A stretch of DNA of 64,000 nucleotides, from assembly GCA_031835245.2 (NCBI GenBank), contig JAVKOQ020000033.1, forward strand, positions 1-64,000. Direction: 5' to 3'. Positions 36,091 through 47,686 of this stretch are shown here, one piece after another. Positions within the stretch are counted from its first letter, which is position 1, and each line of letters opens with the position of its first letter. Source of the stretch: Balamuthia mandrillaris (taxonomy: Eukaryota). The position numbers and the translations under genes are program-made. The notes beneath the pieces are model-generated. The model was given only the letters and a program-made list of their open reading frames with translations, was not told the DNA's origin and did not search any database.

Positions 36091-37575
36091 GGGGGGAGGG
36101 AGGGAGAGAGAGAGAGAGAGAGAGAGAGAAGAAAATGAAATATACAATAGGCAGCATCCTGAGCTACGGTGTAATACAACAGAGGAGCATAGAGCAAATA
36201 GTACAAGCTTTTGGAGATTACATCAGAGCAGGCAGTCAACTCCTGTTGAAATAAGGGTTAAGTTCAATACAAACAAGCACAAACAAACAAAAGTTAAAAC
36301 AAAAAAATGTCACTATCTCCATAAGAGAAAGGAGAATGTACCGTGGAGTCCCCAAAGAGATAAATGATGCCATAGACGGCATACAGCATATGGGCCACCA
36401 TTTGAAAAAACGACCACACTCTGCCAGCCGGTCTACACCGTGGCAACATATCCCTGCTTTTGAACCGACTACGTTTACTGGAAGTAGGCGTTGCTGCAGT
36501 ACTAGTTGTTCGATTCGAAAGCAAAGGGTGGTCTTCCCCTTCTATCGCATCTTCTGATGTGGCATCATCTTCTTCTTCTTCTGTTCGGTCTTGCTGAATG
36601 GTTGAATGAGAAGACGACAAAGAAAGGGGTGAAGAGGTAGCAGAAGAAGAAGTCGGAGAAGAAGGAGAAGACGAAGAAGAGAGCTTCTTTGGTTGTTGTT
36701 GGCGATTGTGTGAATGAACGTCGATGGGTTCACGGTTGATCATCCCAAAGAGGAGACTGACAGCAAAGAACACAACGAGAATGGCCTGAATGGCGAGAAA
36801 GCCGTACATGGATATTCTGTGTCGAGGTTCGGAGCCGTAGAAAGTGGTCGTGATGGAGATGACGGCCAAGATGAGGGCTACGCCTAATGAACGACCGGCC
36901 GTCCAACGAACCGCGTGCTTGTCTGTGGTTTTCTCAAAGAGAAAGAAAACTACTGCCACCTTTTTTTTAAAACCGTTTGTTTAGAGAAAAGAGATGTTGA
37001 AACGGGTGAGAAGAAAAAGAGCGAGAGATGAACAAAGGAGAAAAGAAGAAGAAGAAGAAGAAGAAGAACAAACAAGAAGAAGAAGAACAAGAAGAAGAAC
37101 AAGAAGAAGCACAAGAAGAAGCACAAGAACAAGAACAAGAACAAGAACAAGAACAAGAACAAGAACAAGAACAAGAACAAGAACAAGAACAAGAACAAGA
37201 ACAAGAACAAGAACAAGAACAAGAAGAACAAAAGGACAAGGAGACCTGAATGAGCCATTGAGCAATAAGAGTAAGCTGAGAGGCAATGGTGTAGGCGATG
37301 CCATAGGGACTGGACCGAATGTTAGGCGGTTTGGGCAGCACATAGATCAGCACAACAAACAAGTAGGTCAGACAGGTGACTATGATGAAGTTCCAGTAGA
37401 GCCCCACCATCCGCATGACTTTGGTGGAGGAGGAGGAGGCGGACGGCCGCAACCGAAAGAGAAGGTAACATATGGAGATGAAAGTGACGGCCACGATGCA
37501 GAGCTGAAAGATCGGGATGCAATAACTGTCGCCGAGCTCCCATTTCGCCGAGGTGATCGTGTTGCACACCCCCAT
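34443..37575 (-). CDS. Seven-transmembrane domain fused to a TKL protein kinase
   Basis: About seven hydrophobic segments ending LYYLLYAPLLYYTVAQD. Kinase motifs IGMGAMGEVY, VAVKK, HPNIILLLG, IVHRDLKSQN, GTPQWMAPE and DVYSFGVVLWEL. Confidence 0.85.
37124..37222 (-). repeat. Intronic (GTTCTT)n hexamer microsatellite
   Basis: Visible as (aagaac)n on the plus strand. Confidence 0.95.
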
Positions 37576-37809
37576 GGTTGTTCTTTCAACGAGAAGGAAA
37601 GAAAAGCTAGAGGGACAGAAAGGAGAGAGAGAGAGAGGGAGAGAGAAGGAAGAGAGAACAATAGAGAGTATAGAACAGCTGAACGGAAAACGTTGTCTGC
37701 CTTTTCAACGTTTTCCTTTGCGATCACAATGATCGTCATTTTACGTAGACAAGCTCTTTGCCAATTGGAAATCAAACTCTCGCGATCACATCAAGACAAG
37801 AGAGCGGAG

Positions 37810-37870
<61 letters not shown>

Positions 37871-38319
37871 GGGAGGAGTAGGAGAAAAAATAAATAAGGT
37901 TGATTCACAAATGATAAAAGTCGCAATCCGTCCTCACCTTCTTCCTCTTCTTCTTCTTCCCCTTCATTTTCCTCCAACCCACCTTGCACAAAATGACCCC
38001 TGCAAAAAAAAAAAAAAAAGGGATGGGTGAGCTTCCCCACGGGTATCGCAGGCTTGCTCACACTGTCCACTTTTCTTTCCGCTTTTTGCCAGGCTTGTCT
38101 CCACGCTCCCGATTATAGAATGAGCTCCAAGTTGCCAAATTCCAAACCCCGTCTTGTCCCGGTCCCGTATTTTGTGCAGAGCGTGATTGTTTTTTTTTCT
38201 CCCCTCCTCCGAAGATGGTGGTTTTGCAGGAGTTTTGTTGTGGAGTAGAAGAAAAGTTGGTTGGTAGAGAAGGAAGAAAGTGCGAAAGAAAAAAAAAAAA
38301 GGGGGCGCAAGGCCGACGC

Positions 38320-38643
38320 TCACTGAGCGGGTCCGCTTTGAAGGTTTTGGATGAATCGAGCGGTCTCCTGGCTGACCGTGGGCTGATCAAAGGCGTCCCT
38401 GTACCTCCTGAACAGCAACACCGTGCCAAAAAACAGCGCCGCCGCCACTCCCACGTTCTTGATGCTCTCCCAGTTGTCCTTGTTGTGCCACAGCGTCTCC
38501 ACCAGCCACTCCTTCACCGTGATTTCCTCCACGTCCGAGTGGTAATAGTCCTCAATCACGCCATCGGCCTTGGAGAACTTTTTCTGTCGGCTGGGCGCCT
38601 CCTCATCCGTCAGCGTTCTTTGTCCCTTCAGATTGAATGACAT
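38320..38643 (-). CDS. 107-aa single-TM protein, candidate TOM5-like subunit
   Basis: Intronless ORF with one TM helix followed by basic residues (VGVAAALFFGTVLLFRRYRDAF). Confidence 0.6.
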   Translation of the reverse strand: MSFNLKGQRTLTDEEAPSRQKKFSKADGVIEDYYHSDVEEITVKEWLVETLWHNKDNWESIKNVGVAAALFFGTVLLFRRYRDAFDQPTVSQETARFIQNLQSGPAQ

Positions 38644-38893
38644 CGTGTGTGTGCGTGTGTGTGTGGCGTGCGTTGTTTATCCCCTTGGCTATTCTGCTAC
38701 TTTTTTTTTTGCAGGAGTTTAATTTTTTTGCCCTTTTTTGTGGCGTATGTCGACAAATATTCATTTCCAGGAAAACGGTTGTCGCCACAATGGATGACGT
38801 GTGCACACCGAAATTCCGTTCGCAGTGCATTACGGCAGGCAGACAGCAAGGGGAGGCAAGGAGAAGACAACCAGCAAAGGTGGACGGTTGACC

Positions 38894-39859
38894 ATGGAGC
38901 CTCCCTCCTCTACTACGCTGAACAAGAAAGAGCCTCAATGGCCAAAGAAAACCAGAGAGCTTCACAACCACCACTTTGACAGCACGGTGTGGAACGACCT
39001 CGTCTTCCGTGAAGACGACATCGTCATCGCCACCTACGCAAAGTCCGGCACCACTTGGCTGCAGCAGATCGTCGCGCAGCTGATCTTCAACGGGGCTGAG
39101 GACCTTAACGTGGGGGACATGTCCCCCTGGGTGGACCTCCGCGTGCCGCCCAAGGAGGTGAAGCTTGCCGCCTTGGAGGCGCAAACCCACCGCCGCTTCC
39201 TCAAGACGCACCTCCCCGTTGACGCCCTGGTCTTCAACCCCAAGGCAAAGTACCTCTACGTGGCTCGTGATGGCAGAGACGTGGTCTGGAGCCTCCACAA
39301 TCACCACAGCATGGCAAACGACACCTGGTACGCCATTCTCAATGACACGCCTGGGCGTGTGGGTCCCCCCATAGGTCCTCCCCCCGAGAGCAGGGTCCAA
39401 TACTTTAGGGAATGGTTGCAAGGGGATGGCTTCCCCTTTTGGTCGTTTTGGGAGAACACAAAGTCCTGGTGGGCCGTCCGGGACCTCCCCAACGTGCTCA
39501 TGCTGCACTATGCGGATATGAAGGCGGACATGCCTGGCCAGATACGTCGCATTGCCGAGTTCCTGGACATCCCTATCCAAGAGGACAAGTGGCCTGCCAT
39601 CCTGGAGCACTGCTCCTTTGAGTACATGAAAGCGCACGCGGAACAGGCGGTCCCGTTGGGCGGGAGCGTTTGGGAGGGCGGAGCCCAGACCTTCATTCAC
39701 AAGGGCACAAACAAACGGTGGTACGAGGAGCTGACGGAGGCTGATGGGAGGGAGTACGAGGAGAAAGCCGTAGCAGAGCTCGGAGAGGAGTGCGCCGAGT
39801 GGTTGAAGGGTGGTTCCCTTGGGGCAACTCGCTCTTCTTCCCCCAAAGAAAGCTTATAA
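38894..39859 (+). CDS. Soluble PAPS-dependent sulfotransferase, intronless, bacterial-like
   Basis: 5'-PSB motif IATYAKSGTTW, FLKTHLP, 3'-PB motif YVARDGRDVVWS, CSFEYMK and FIHKGTNKRW. Confidence 0.92.
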   Translation: MEPPSSTTLNKKEPQWPKKTRELHNHHFDSTVWNDLVFREDDIVIATYAKSGTTWLQQIVAQLIFNGAEDLNVGDMSPWVDLRVPPKEVKLAALEAQTHRRFLKTHLPVDALVFNPKAKYLYVARDGRDVVWSLHNHHSMANDTWYAILNDTPGRVGPPIGPPPESRVQYFREWLQGDGFPFWSFWENTKSWWAVRDLPNVLMLHYADMKADMPGQIRRIAEFLDIPIQEDKWPAILEHCSFEYMKAHAEQAVPLGGSVWEGGAQTFIHKGTNKRWYEELTEADGREYEEKAVAELGEECAEWLKGGSLGATRSSSPKESL

Positions 39860-40064
39860 CGAACACAAATAAGGAAAAGATAACTGTTTGGTAACAAAGA
39901 AAAAAAGAGAACAAACGAGGAAGAAGAGGAAAGCAAACCAACGGTTGTTCTCTGCACCCCCCTTTTTTTTTAAAAACCCAACCACTTGGCCAACAACGAC
40001 TGTTCGTTAAAGTGCTTTGTTTGTGATCCTTTGTAAACCAATCGTCTCGTTTTTGAAGAACAAT

Positions 40065-40879
40065 ATGGAAGGCAAGGAAAAGGACAAGAAGAAGTCAAAG
40101 GAGGACTCCAAAGCCGCACAAAACCTCATCAAAGTATCAGAAGCTTGCGAAACGTAACTACTGTTCTTTGTTTCTCCCATTTGCTCAAGGTTAAACAGCT
40201 GACTTGGTTCCCTTCAAGCTTGGTGAAATACTGCAACGACACACCGGAACCATTCAGCGACACGGGAAACGATGCCACCAACCTTTGGAAACACAGCCCA
40301 AACCCAAACGGCCCTTGTTGCCTTCTCAGCTAAGCAAACTGAAAAAGAACATGACGCAAACAACGGAAAATGGTTTTCATCTGTTTTGTAACTGCTCTCT
40401 CTTCCTTTCTCCTCTGCTGTTCGATCATGTAGACCTTTCTAAAGGAACAACGATAAGTTTTGAAAACATCAGAAGGGAACCTGAGCATGGAAGGGCAGAA
40501 ACCACACCCTCCCTGGCGTTTTTCTTCACCCAAACGACAACGTTACCGTTTTTGGTTTCGAAGATATGACTAACTTTAATTATTATAGAATCCACCAATT
40601 CATTTGAGAGCTGGAAATTAACCAAACGAACAGAACAACGCAAAGAAGCAAACAAAAACCAAAGGAGAGCAACGGCACAAAGGCATGCAACAACAGGAAA
40701 CGAGGCTGAGCGTGCCGCCTCAGCCGCCGGTGCTGGTCAGGCAGAAAACGCAGAGGATCTCGGTCAAGGTGCAATGGGAGCAGACTTTGTGCGCGTTGAG
40801 GGATAGCCTTGAGAAGGAGATCGAAAGACTTCGTGTGGAGCACTGCTCCTCCAATTCTCCGTCCGGTATGCTTCTTTGT

Positions 40880-40923
<44 letters not shown>

Positions 40924-43900
40924 TTCTTTTGCCGTCTTCTTCAGTCTATACTCTCATGATCATTCTCTCATTCTCGTTCTCCTCTCTTCTCTTTCTTTGC
41001 CCTCTTTCTTTGCTTTCTCACAAACATTGTTTTTTGTTTGCAGACGCTAACACTAAAGAGACGATGAGACAGAAACAACTTCTAATGGAAGCAGTGGAAG
41101 GCTTTTGCGAGGAAATGTTGGACAGCACAAGGGAGCTCGTGTTGGAGGTCACCCGTCTCTCCCGCATTCTGACCCAAGTGCACAGCCTCTGCACTTCCCT
41201 GTCCGCGGCTGAGATGGAGCTGGAAGCCGTCCAGTCGGCTGAAAACGGCGTCCACCGCATGAGCGACCTGGTTAACCTGGCCATTCTCAACTATCCACAA
41301 ATTCTCTCCAGGTATATTACATTTTATCCTTGGTTATAGTTTGTTTCTTTTTGTATTGTTTGTATTCCTTTCTTTTGTGTTGTTTCTTCCTTTGTTTCTT
41401 GTTTTTTCTTTATGAGGTTGTTTCTTGCATGCATCTTTCTCTGTTTCTTACAACCAAGTGTTGTTATTATAGTGGTGCTTCGCATAGGAACCAACGACTG
41501 GTGGTGCTGTTGCGCACGCTGCAGGCCTGCATCGATGCTGTCTTGCACTTCTTTAAAGTGGGCAAGTTCCTGCAATACACCGTCGTGCCGTTGACTATAA
41601 AGGGAGGGTTCACCAGAGGTGGCACCACCAAAGCCATCCCTGCCAACGAGAGAACAGCTCTAGCTGAACAAAGTATGTCTTCATTTCTTTCGGTTCTCCT
41701 CTCGTTTTCGCTTCGAGGTCTAACATGAAACACAAAAAACAAACAAAAACAGTTGAGCCACCAGAAAGAAATGCAATAGAGGTTTCTGAAGCGTCTCGAA
41801 TGTTTGCAAAGGCCTTTCGCGGATTGATGTCTGCCATAACGGCCATCCCTGAGGAGGAAGACGAGGAAGATGGCGAGAATATGGAAGTAACGACTTCTTG
41901 TCCTGCCGTCGAGCAACAACAGCAACAACAACAAACCGCTCTTCCATCCGTTTCTTCTTCGGTTGCTTCTGCTTCGGCACTTTTGGATGCTAAGCAACAA
42001 AACGAGTTGATCCAAAGCAAGGGAAAAGAGGAAACACAAGAAACGAAACAAGAAGCACAAACAAAGCACGATCAAACGAACCAACAACAACCGAAGGTCG
42101 AAACAGAAAATAAAGGAATGTCAGAGCGCAAAGGAAGCAACGATACGTTGCAAAACAAGATAGTCACAATGAAACGATGGGAGAAAGAGGAACGACTTCG
42201 ACGACTTCAAGAAATGCAGGCCGGAAGGTTGCAGGTAACTTGGGATGACGAAGACAACAACAATGAGAACGACCAGCAACAACAACAAGACAAACCAGCT
42301 CTTCCATCCAAATTCTTAGCCAACAACAAACGGCAACTCTCCAAAAAGAAGAGCATCTTCGAGGTGTTCTCTTCCCCCGCTCCGCCTGCTAGCGCTGCAC
42401 AAACGTCGAACAAAGAAAAGCCACAAAAGAACAACAAAGGACTTCGAGGCACAAAACTTCAACGCATTCTCAACTTGGACAAAGGCAAAGCCAAAACGGC
42501 GAGCGCTGATGGGCCTTTCTCTTCGGATGAGAACAGCTCAAACAACGTTAGAGCATCGAAGAGAACAGACAATGCTGGCTTTGGATCGCGGTCAACTCCT
42601 TCCAGAGCTCGTTCCAAGTCGGTGGGAGATTCTAACAGCAACCCTTCCTCTGGTTCTGTTGTTTCGAAAGGCAAAAAGCTGGATGGCAAGAGCTCAAAGA
42701 AAAAAGGAAGAACAACTCTGGCTTCTGGCTCCAATTCTCCTTCATCTCCTTCTTCTCCTTCTCCCTCCTCTCATCCTTTACCCGCTCCTCTTCCAACACA
42801 AAGCCCAAGACAACCTCCTCTCGAAGAACAAGCCAGAACGAGTTCTTCTTCCTCTTCCTCTCCAAAGAAAGAGAGACCCAAGTTGAAGAACAAAGCCATT
42901 AACCTTGATCTCAAAACCTCTTCCTCACCCGTTGAAAAGAAACCATCCGCCAGGAGGAAGACGCCCAAAGTGAAGAAGAAGAACACAGCAACTCGCTCTT
43001 CGGCGGACCAAAGCAGCTTTGATAAGCTGAAGCAACAAAAGGAGGAGGCATTGAGGCGGTGGCTGCATGCTATAGACCCGACTTTTGAGGACCTCGTCTC
43101 TCCTTTCATCAAAGAGAGAATCTACTTGGAGGACCTCTCCTCTCTCTCCGAACAAGAGTTTAAAGAGTTGAACATTCCGCTTGGAGCTCGTCGTAAGATC
43201 ATTCAAACCCTGCAACAACAAAGCGGACCAGGACAACAAACGGAGGACAAGAAGAATCTTTTGCAAGTGTCGGGACAACATGCACAACAACAACAGCAGC
43301 AGCAGAAAGAAAAGGAGAAGCGCAACAAGGAAGACTTTGATAGAGAGTTGGCGCTCATATCGACGATCAATCCGGATGACCTTGAGTTCTTGAAGAGTTT
43401 GGGCAATGGAGCGTTTGGAGAGGTGTACATGGTTTGTTCTCTCTTCTCAGTTTTTCATCTATTCTCTTTATCTTATTCTTATTCTCATCTCACAAAGGGC
43501 ATTTGGCGTCAAACCACTACCGTGGCCATCAAGAAGCTTCGCAGCGATGTAACGATGGACGAAAACTCTCGTTTAGCCTTTCTAGAAGAGGCCAAATTGA
43601 TGATGTGCATACCGCCCTCATCCCTTTCCCTTTCTTTCTCTTATACTTTCTCTTGCTTTCTTCTTTTTGTTCTTCTTCTTCTTTTTGTTCTTGTTCTTCT
43701 TCTTGTCTTCTTCTTCTTCTTCTTCTTTTGATGACCAACAACACCAGGAAAATGCCAAGGCATCCCAACATAGTGGGGTGTCTAGGGGCCTGCGTCGAAA
43801 ACAAGAACTGGTTCCTCGTGATGGAGTACATGCCGGACGGCAGCTTGCGACAATACCTCATGGACCATCCCACCGAGATCGACAGCAAGGAGCTCTTGGA

Positions 43901-44197
43901 GCTGGCCAAGGGCATCGCGGCGGGGATGGACCACCTCGAGGCCCACCAGATCGTCCACAGGGATCTCTCCCTCCGGAACATCCTCCTGGAGGTGCGAGGG
44001 AGGAGGGAGCGAGAGCACATCGCCAAGGTCTGCGACTTTGGCATGGCCAAGTCCTTGCAGCTCCTCTCGGCGGAGGAGGAGCAGCAGAGGAGGGGCAGTT
44101 ACATCACGAGAGGCGGCAAGATACCGCTCCGGTGGACTGCCCCAGAGGCTATCATACATAAGGCCTATACCTCCAAGTCTGATGTATGGAGTTTTGG

Positions 44198-44235
<38 letters not shown>

Positions 44236-44733
44236 TACTGTCTTATGTATGTCTTTTCGCTTCTTCCTTTCTTTTTAGGGGTGGTTCTGTGGGAATTGTA
44301 TAGTTTTGGCTCATTGCCATACGGAGAGCTGACGGAACACCGACCAGGTTTCTCCCTCTCCGCCCAGGACTTGCTGAACCGGTTAAACCAGGGCTATCGG
44401 TATTCTCTTCTCTCTTTCTTCTTTGTTCTCACTCTTCTCTTCGCTGTCTTCCTCCTTGTTTCCCTTCTTTCTCATTCTTTCTCCTTTTTGAAAAATAGAA
44501 TGCCATGCCCAGAAGAATGTCCGCCAGAGATCTATGCGTTGATGCAGGATTGCTGGCAAATAGATCCGGAGCGGCGTCCATCCTTCCGAGAGATATTCCT
44601 CCGCCTGCACAACGCCATGGAGGAGTTTCTCTCTGCAGAGGAGAAGGCAGAGGAGGAGAGGCGCCTGATGGTGAATGTTCCTCATTCTGGTCCCGTAGAA
44701 ATCACTGATGTAGGTTATTATGCTATCTCCTAA
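40065..44733 (+). CDS. SAM domain plus tyrosine-kinase-type protein kinase, multi-exon
   Basis: SAM domain LRRWL...FIKERIYLEDL...FKELNIPLGARRKI. Kinase motifs LGNGAFGEVY, VAIKK, HRDLSLRNILL, DFG, IPLRWTAPE, SDVWSFG and CWQIDPERRPSF. 5' exons are less certain. Confidence 0.82.
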
Positions 44734-44850
44734 AGAAAGAGAAAGAAACAGAAATGCTGAAAATACAAAAGTTCAAACATGCATCGAGAATGGATGAAGA
44801 AAAAGAGAGGAAAGTGGACAGAAGATGGAATGAAAGTGAAAAGAATAGCG

Positions 44851-46052
44851 TTATTCTTGTTCGTTGGAAAGTGCTCTTCGTTTCCAAGGAATGTGTTTGT
44901 GCTCTCGTTGTGCCTTTCGTTTTCTCTTCTTCTGGAGATACTTGTCCAGCTGTCCTTTGGCTTTGAGATCTTTGAACTGCTCCTGCAGTTCCTGCTTTTT
45001 GAGCTCCGACTTTTTGAGGTAGAATGGCTTCTTGCCTTGCTTCACCATCTCCCTTTCCTGCTGCTTCAGTGCCTTCTTTCTCTGCCTTCTGGATTCCTCC
45101 TGTTGCTCCGTTTTGGCCTCTTGTTGCTGTTTGTTGTTTAGTAAGTTCGTCATTTCAACAAAAAGCAGAAGCGCAATGCCAAAAAAAAATAAATAAAATA
45201 AAGTACCAAACGGGTAAGTGCTCGTTGGATATTTTCTCTTTCTGAAGGGTTCTTTTCTTTGCGAAGTTGTTGCCTGTGTAAACACAAAAACACAGCAGGA
45301 AGAGAATAAGCAAATAAGACGGAAAAGAAAGAAAGCAGAACGAGGAGGATAAAAAGAGAAGAAAAGAAAAGATGAAAGAAGGGAGAAGTCCAGAAGAGAA
45401 TAGGAGTGTACCGGAGAGTCTTGATCTCATCCTGCCGATAGCCGTTGACAAAGCTATAGCTGGCTTTGTAGAGCTCCTCATTGAACTTGCCACAGAGACT
45501 GTCGAACCGCGGATCCCTTCGCTTGGGTTCCGGTTTCACGCCCAAGAGTTTGCTTCGCGCCGCAGCAAACCTCTTCGTTGGTGTTTTGGAGCTTACTTCT
45601 TGTGGTCTTTTTTTTGTTGTGTCTCTTTAGAAAACAGAAGAAGCAGAAAAAGGGGGAGAGAAAAAAAAAGAACGGTACTTTGATTTCGATTTTTTTTTGA
45701 CGGAAGAAGAGGTAGCGATCAAAGATTTGGTGGTAGAATCGCTTCGATGTTTCTCTCCTTGAAGTGCCCGCTTTACTTCGCTCTGTTTTCGTAGTTTCTA
45801 ACAAAAAGAAAACATTCAGCACGAGCTTCTTCTTTAGCAAAGAGAGAAAGAAGTTCATTCTACCTGCAATTGATCAAATGGGATGGTGGCCAATTGCTCT
45901 CTAAGAGCTTCTTCATCTTCTTCTTCTTCTTCGCTCTCATCCTCTTCTCCCTCCCCCTCTTCTTCGGACCCTCCCTCACTGCTACTCCATTCCTCCTCTT
46001 CCTCTTCCTCTTCTTCTTCTTCTTCTTCCAACCTCTGCTTCCTCCGTTGCAT
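44851..46052 (-). CDS. RRP36: rRNA biogenesis protein RRP36
   Basis: [31 protein letters not shown] and [17 protein letters not shown]...[11 protein letters not shown]. Confidence 0.9.
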
Positions 46053-46672
46053 CTTTCTTTTTTTCTTTCTTCTTTCCTTCTTTTCTTTTTTGCCTTGGTC
46101 ATTGGTCATTTACTGCACAAATGCTACAGAGTGCCTTTTATTTGAGGGGCCAGAATTTACAACTTAGATTTTTTTGCCTGCTACCGAGAGAGAGAGAGAG
46201 AGAGAGAGAGAGGAGTGAGATGTTTGTTGGCACACAGAAGAGAATGGATAAGGGAATGGAAAAGAATGTAGGGGTCCTATACTACCCACAACACAATGAT
46301 AGATAGTGGTGGGTCCTGTTGGTCCCCTCGAAAAATAATAAAAGAAACCAACACAAGAAAGAACAAACAAGGGAGAAACAAGAGAGAGAAACCCTTGTTT
46401 TCCTCTTTGTTCTTTTTGTTTGGTTCCAATATATATTTTTTTGTTGATTTAGCATTCGGATGATGATGGCATGCTTCACCACGAACACGACATAACAAGT
46501 TATCCACAAGAACAAAAAGAGAGGTTTTTGTGCTTGTGGTAAGTGTCGTGTCGTATTGTTTTTTTTTCTTCGCTTACAAAGAAGAGAAGAAGCGAATGCA
46601 AATGAATGGATGGAAGAAAGAAAGTAGATGACAGCACAGGATAGGACTTTACCTTGAATGTTGGCAGCCATT

Positions 46673-47286
46673 CTATGTGGAGGAAGCCAACTTCTGTTGG
46701 TAGGCTCTGTGCACAAGAAACAAAAAGAGAAAATAGCAAACATCAAAGACAGGAAAGAGAACGAAAGACGAGAAGAACGGAACAAGAGAATGAGAGCGAG
46801 AGACGAGAACAAGAGAATAAGAGAGACCAAGAAGACGTTAGGATGGTTTGAAACGTTGAAAACAAGGAATAGGATATGTAGGTATATACCTTCGTGCTTG
46901 CTCGAGCATTTGTTGCTTTCGTTGCTCCAAAAGGTTTTGCCGTTCGCTGGGATCAGATGGGAAGGCTGCACTGTTTTTCAGAGAACCAGAAGAGGAAGAG
47001 ACCACGGTGCGCCGTTTGGGGCGTGTGTCCCTCGCGACCAACGGAGATGAGGATGAAGAGGAGGAGGAGGAGGAGGAGCGCAACAAAGTAGTTTTGTCTG
47101 CTGGTCGCTTGTCTGAGTGAGAGAGAGAGTGTGCAAAGAATGACGTTAGTTGCCTGAATGTGAAGTGAAGCAAGAGGCGGAGTGAATGAAGTTACCTTGC
47201 GAAGGAGGTTTGGCAAAGAGACTAGGGAAGAGCACCAGGCATAGCAGAACAAGAAAGATAGCGCCACCAACGAGCAGTTGCCACAT
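46673..47286 (-). CDS. Small signal-anchored protein with a G2BR/U7BR-like E2-binding helix, 3 exons
   Basis: Spliced product: MWQLLVGGAIFLVLLCLVLFPSLF...Ser-rich linker...FPSDPSERQNLLEQRKQQMLEQARRAYQQKLASST*. Intron phases are consistent. Confidence 0.65.
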
Positions 47287-47686
47287 CGCCTTTCCCTTTG
47301 CAGAAGAATCAGATTCCCTTTCGCTACTTTTTTCTCATCGAAAGCTGTTGAATTGCTGCACGTTTTGTTCAGCACAGCTGGTCAGGCCACATGCTTGAGG
47401 GGTCCCTTGAACAGGCAGGAAGACACGGAAACGAACATTTATTGTCTGAAAATGCAGCGAAAAGAGTGAAGGAGGGGCTGGCCTTTTCCGTGTCGCTTGC
47501 GGTGATGCCTGCCAACAAAAAAATATTTATCCAAAAATAAAATAAAAAGAGAGGACGTAGAATTACGCAGAAGAGAGTGACAGGGAAGCAAGGCTGGTGG
47601 TCACCGCTCGCCCACTCCTAATCACCGCACACGCGCGCACACACAAAAAAAAGGGGGCAACTTTCCTCTTTCTCTCTCTCTTCACC

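Noticed and set aside
38603..39700. 365-aa minus-strand ORF
   Set aside because: Antisense to the GC-rich sulfotransferase; the open frame is explained by codon bias.
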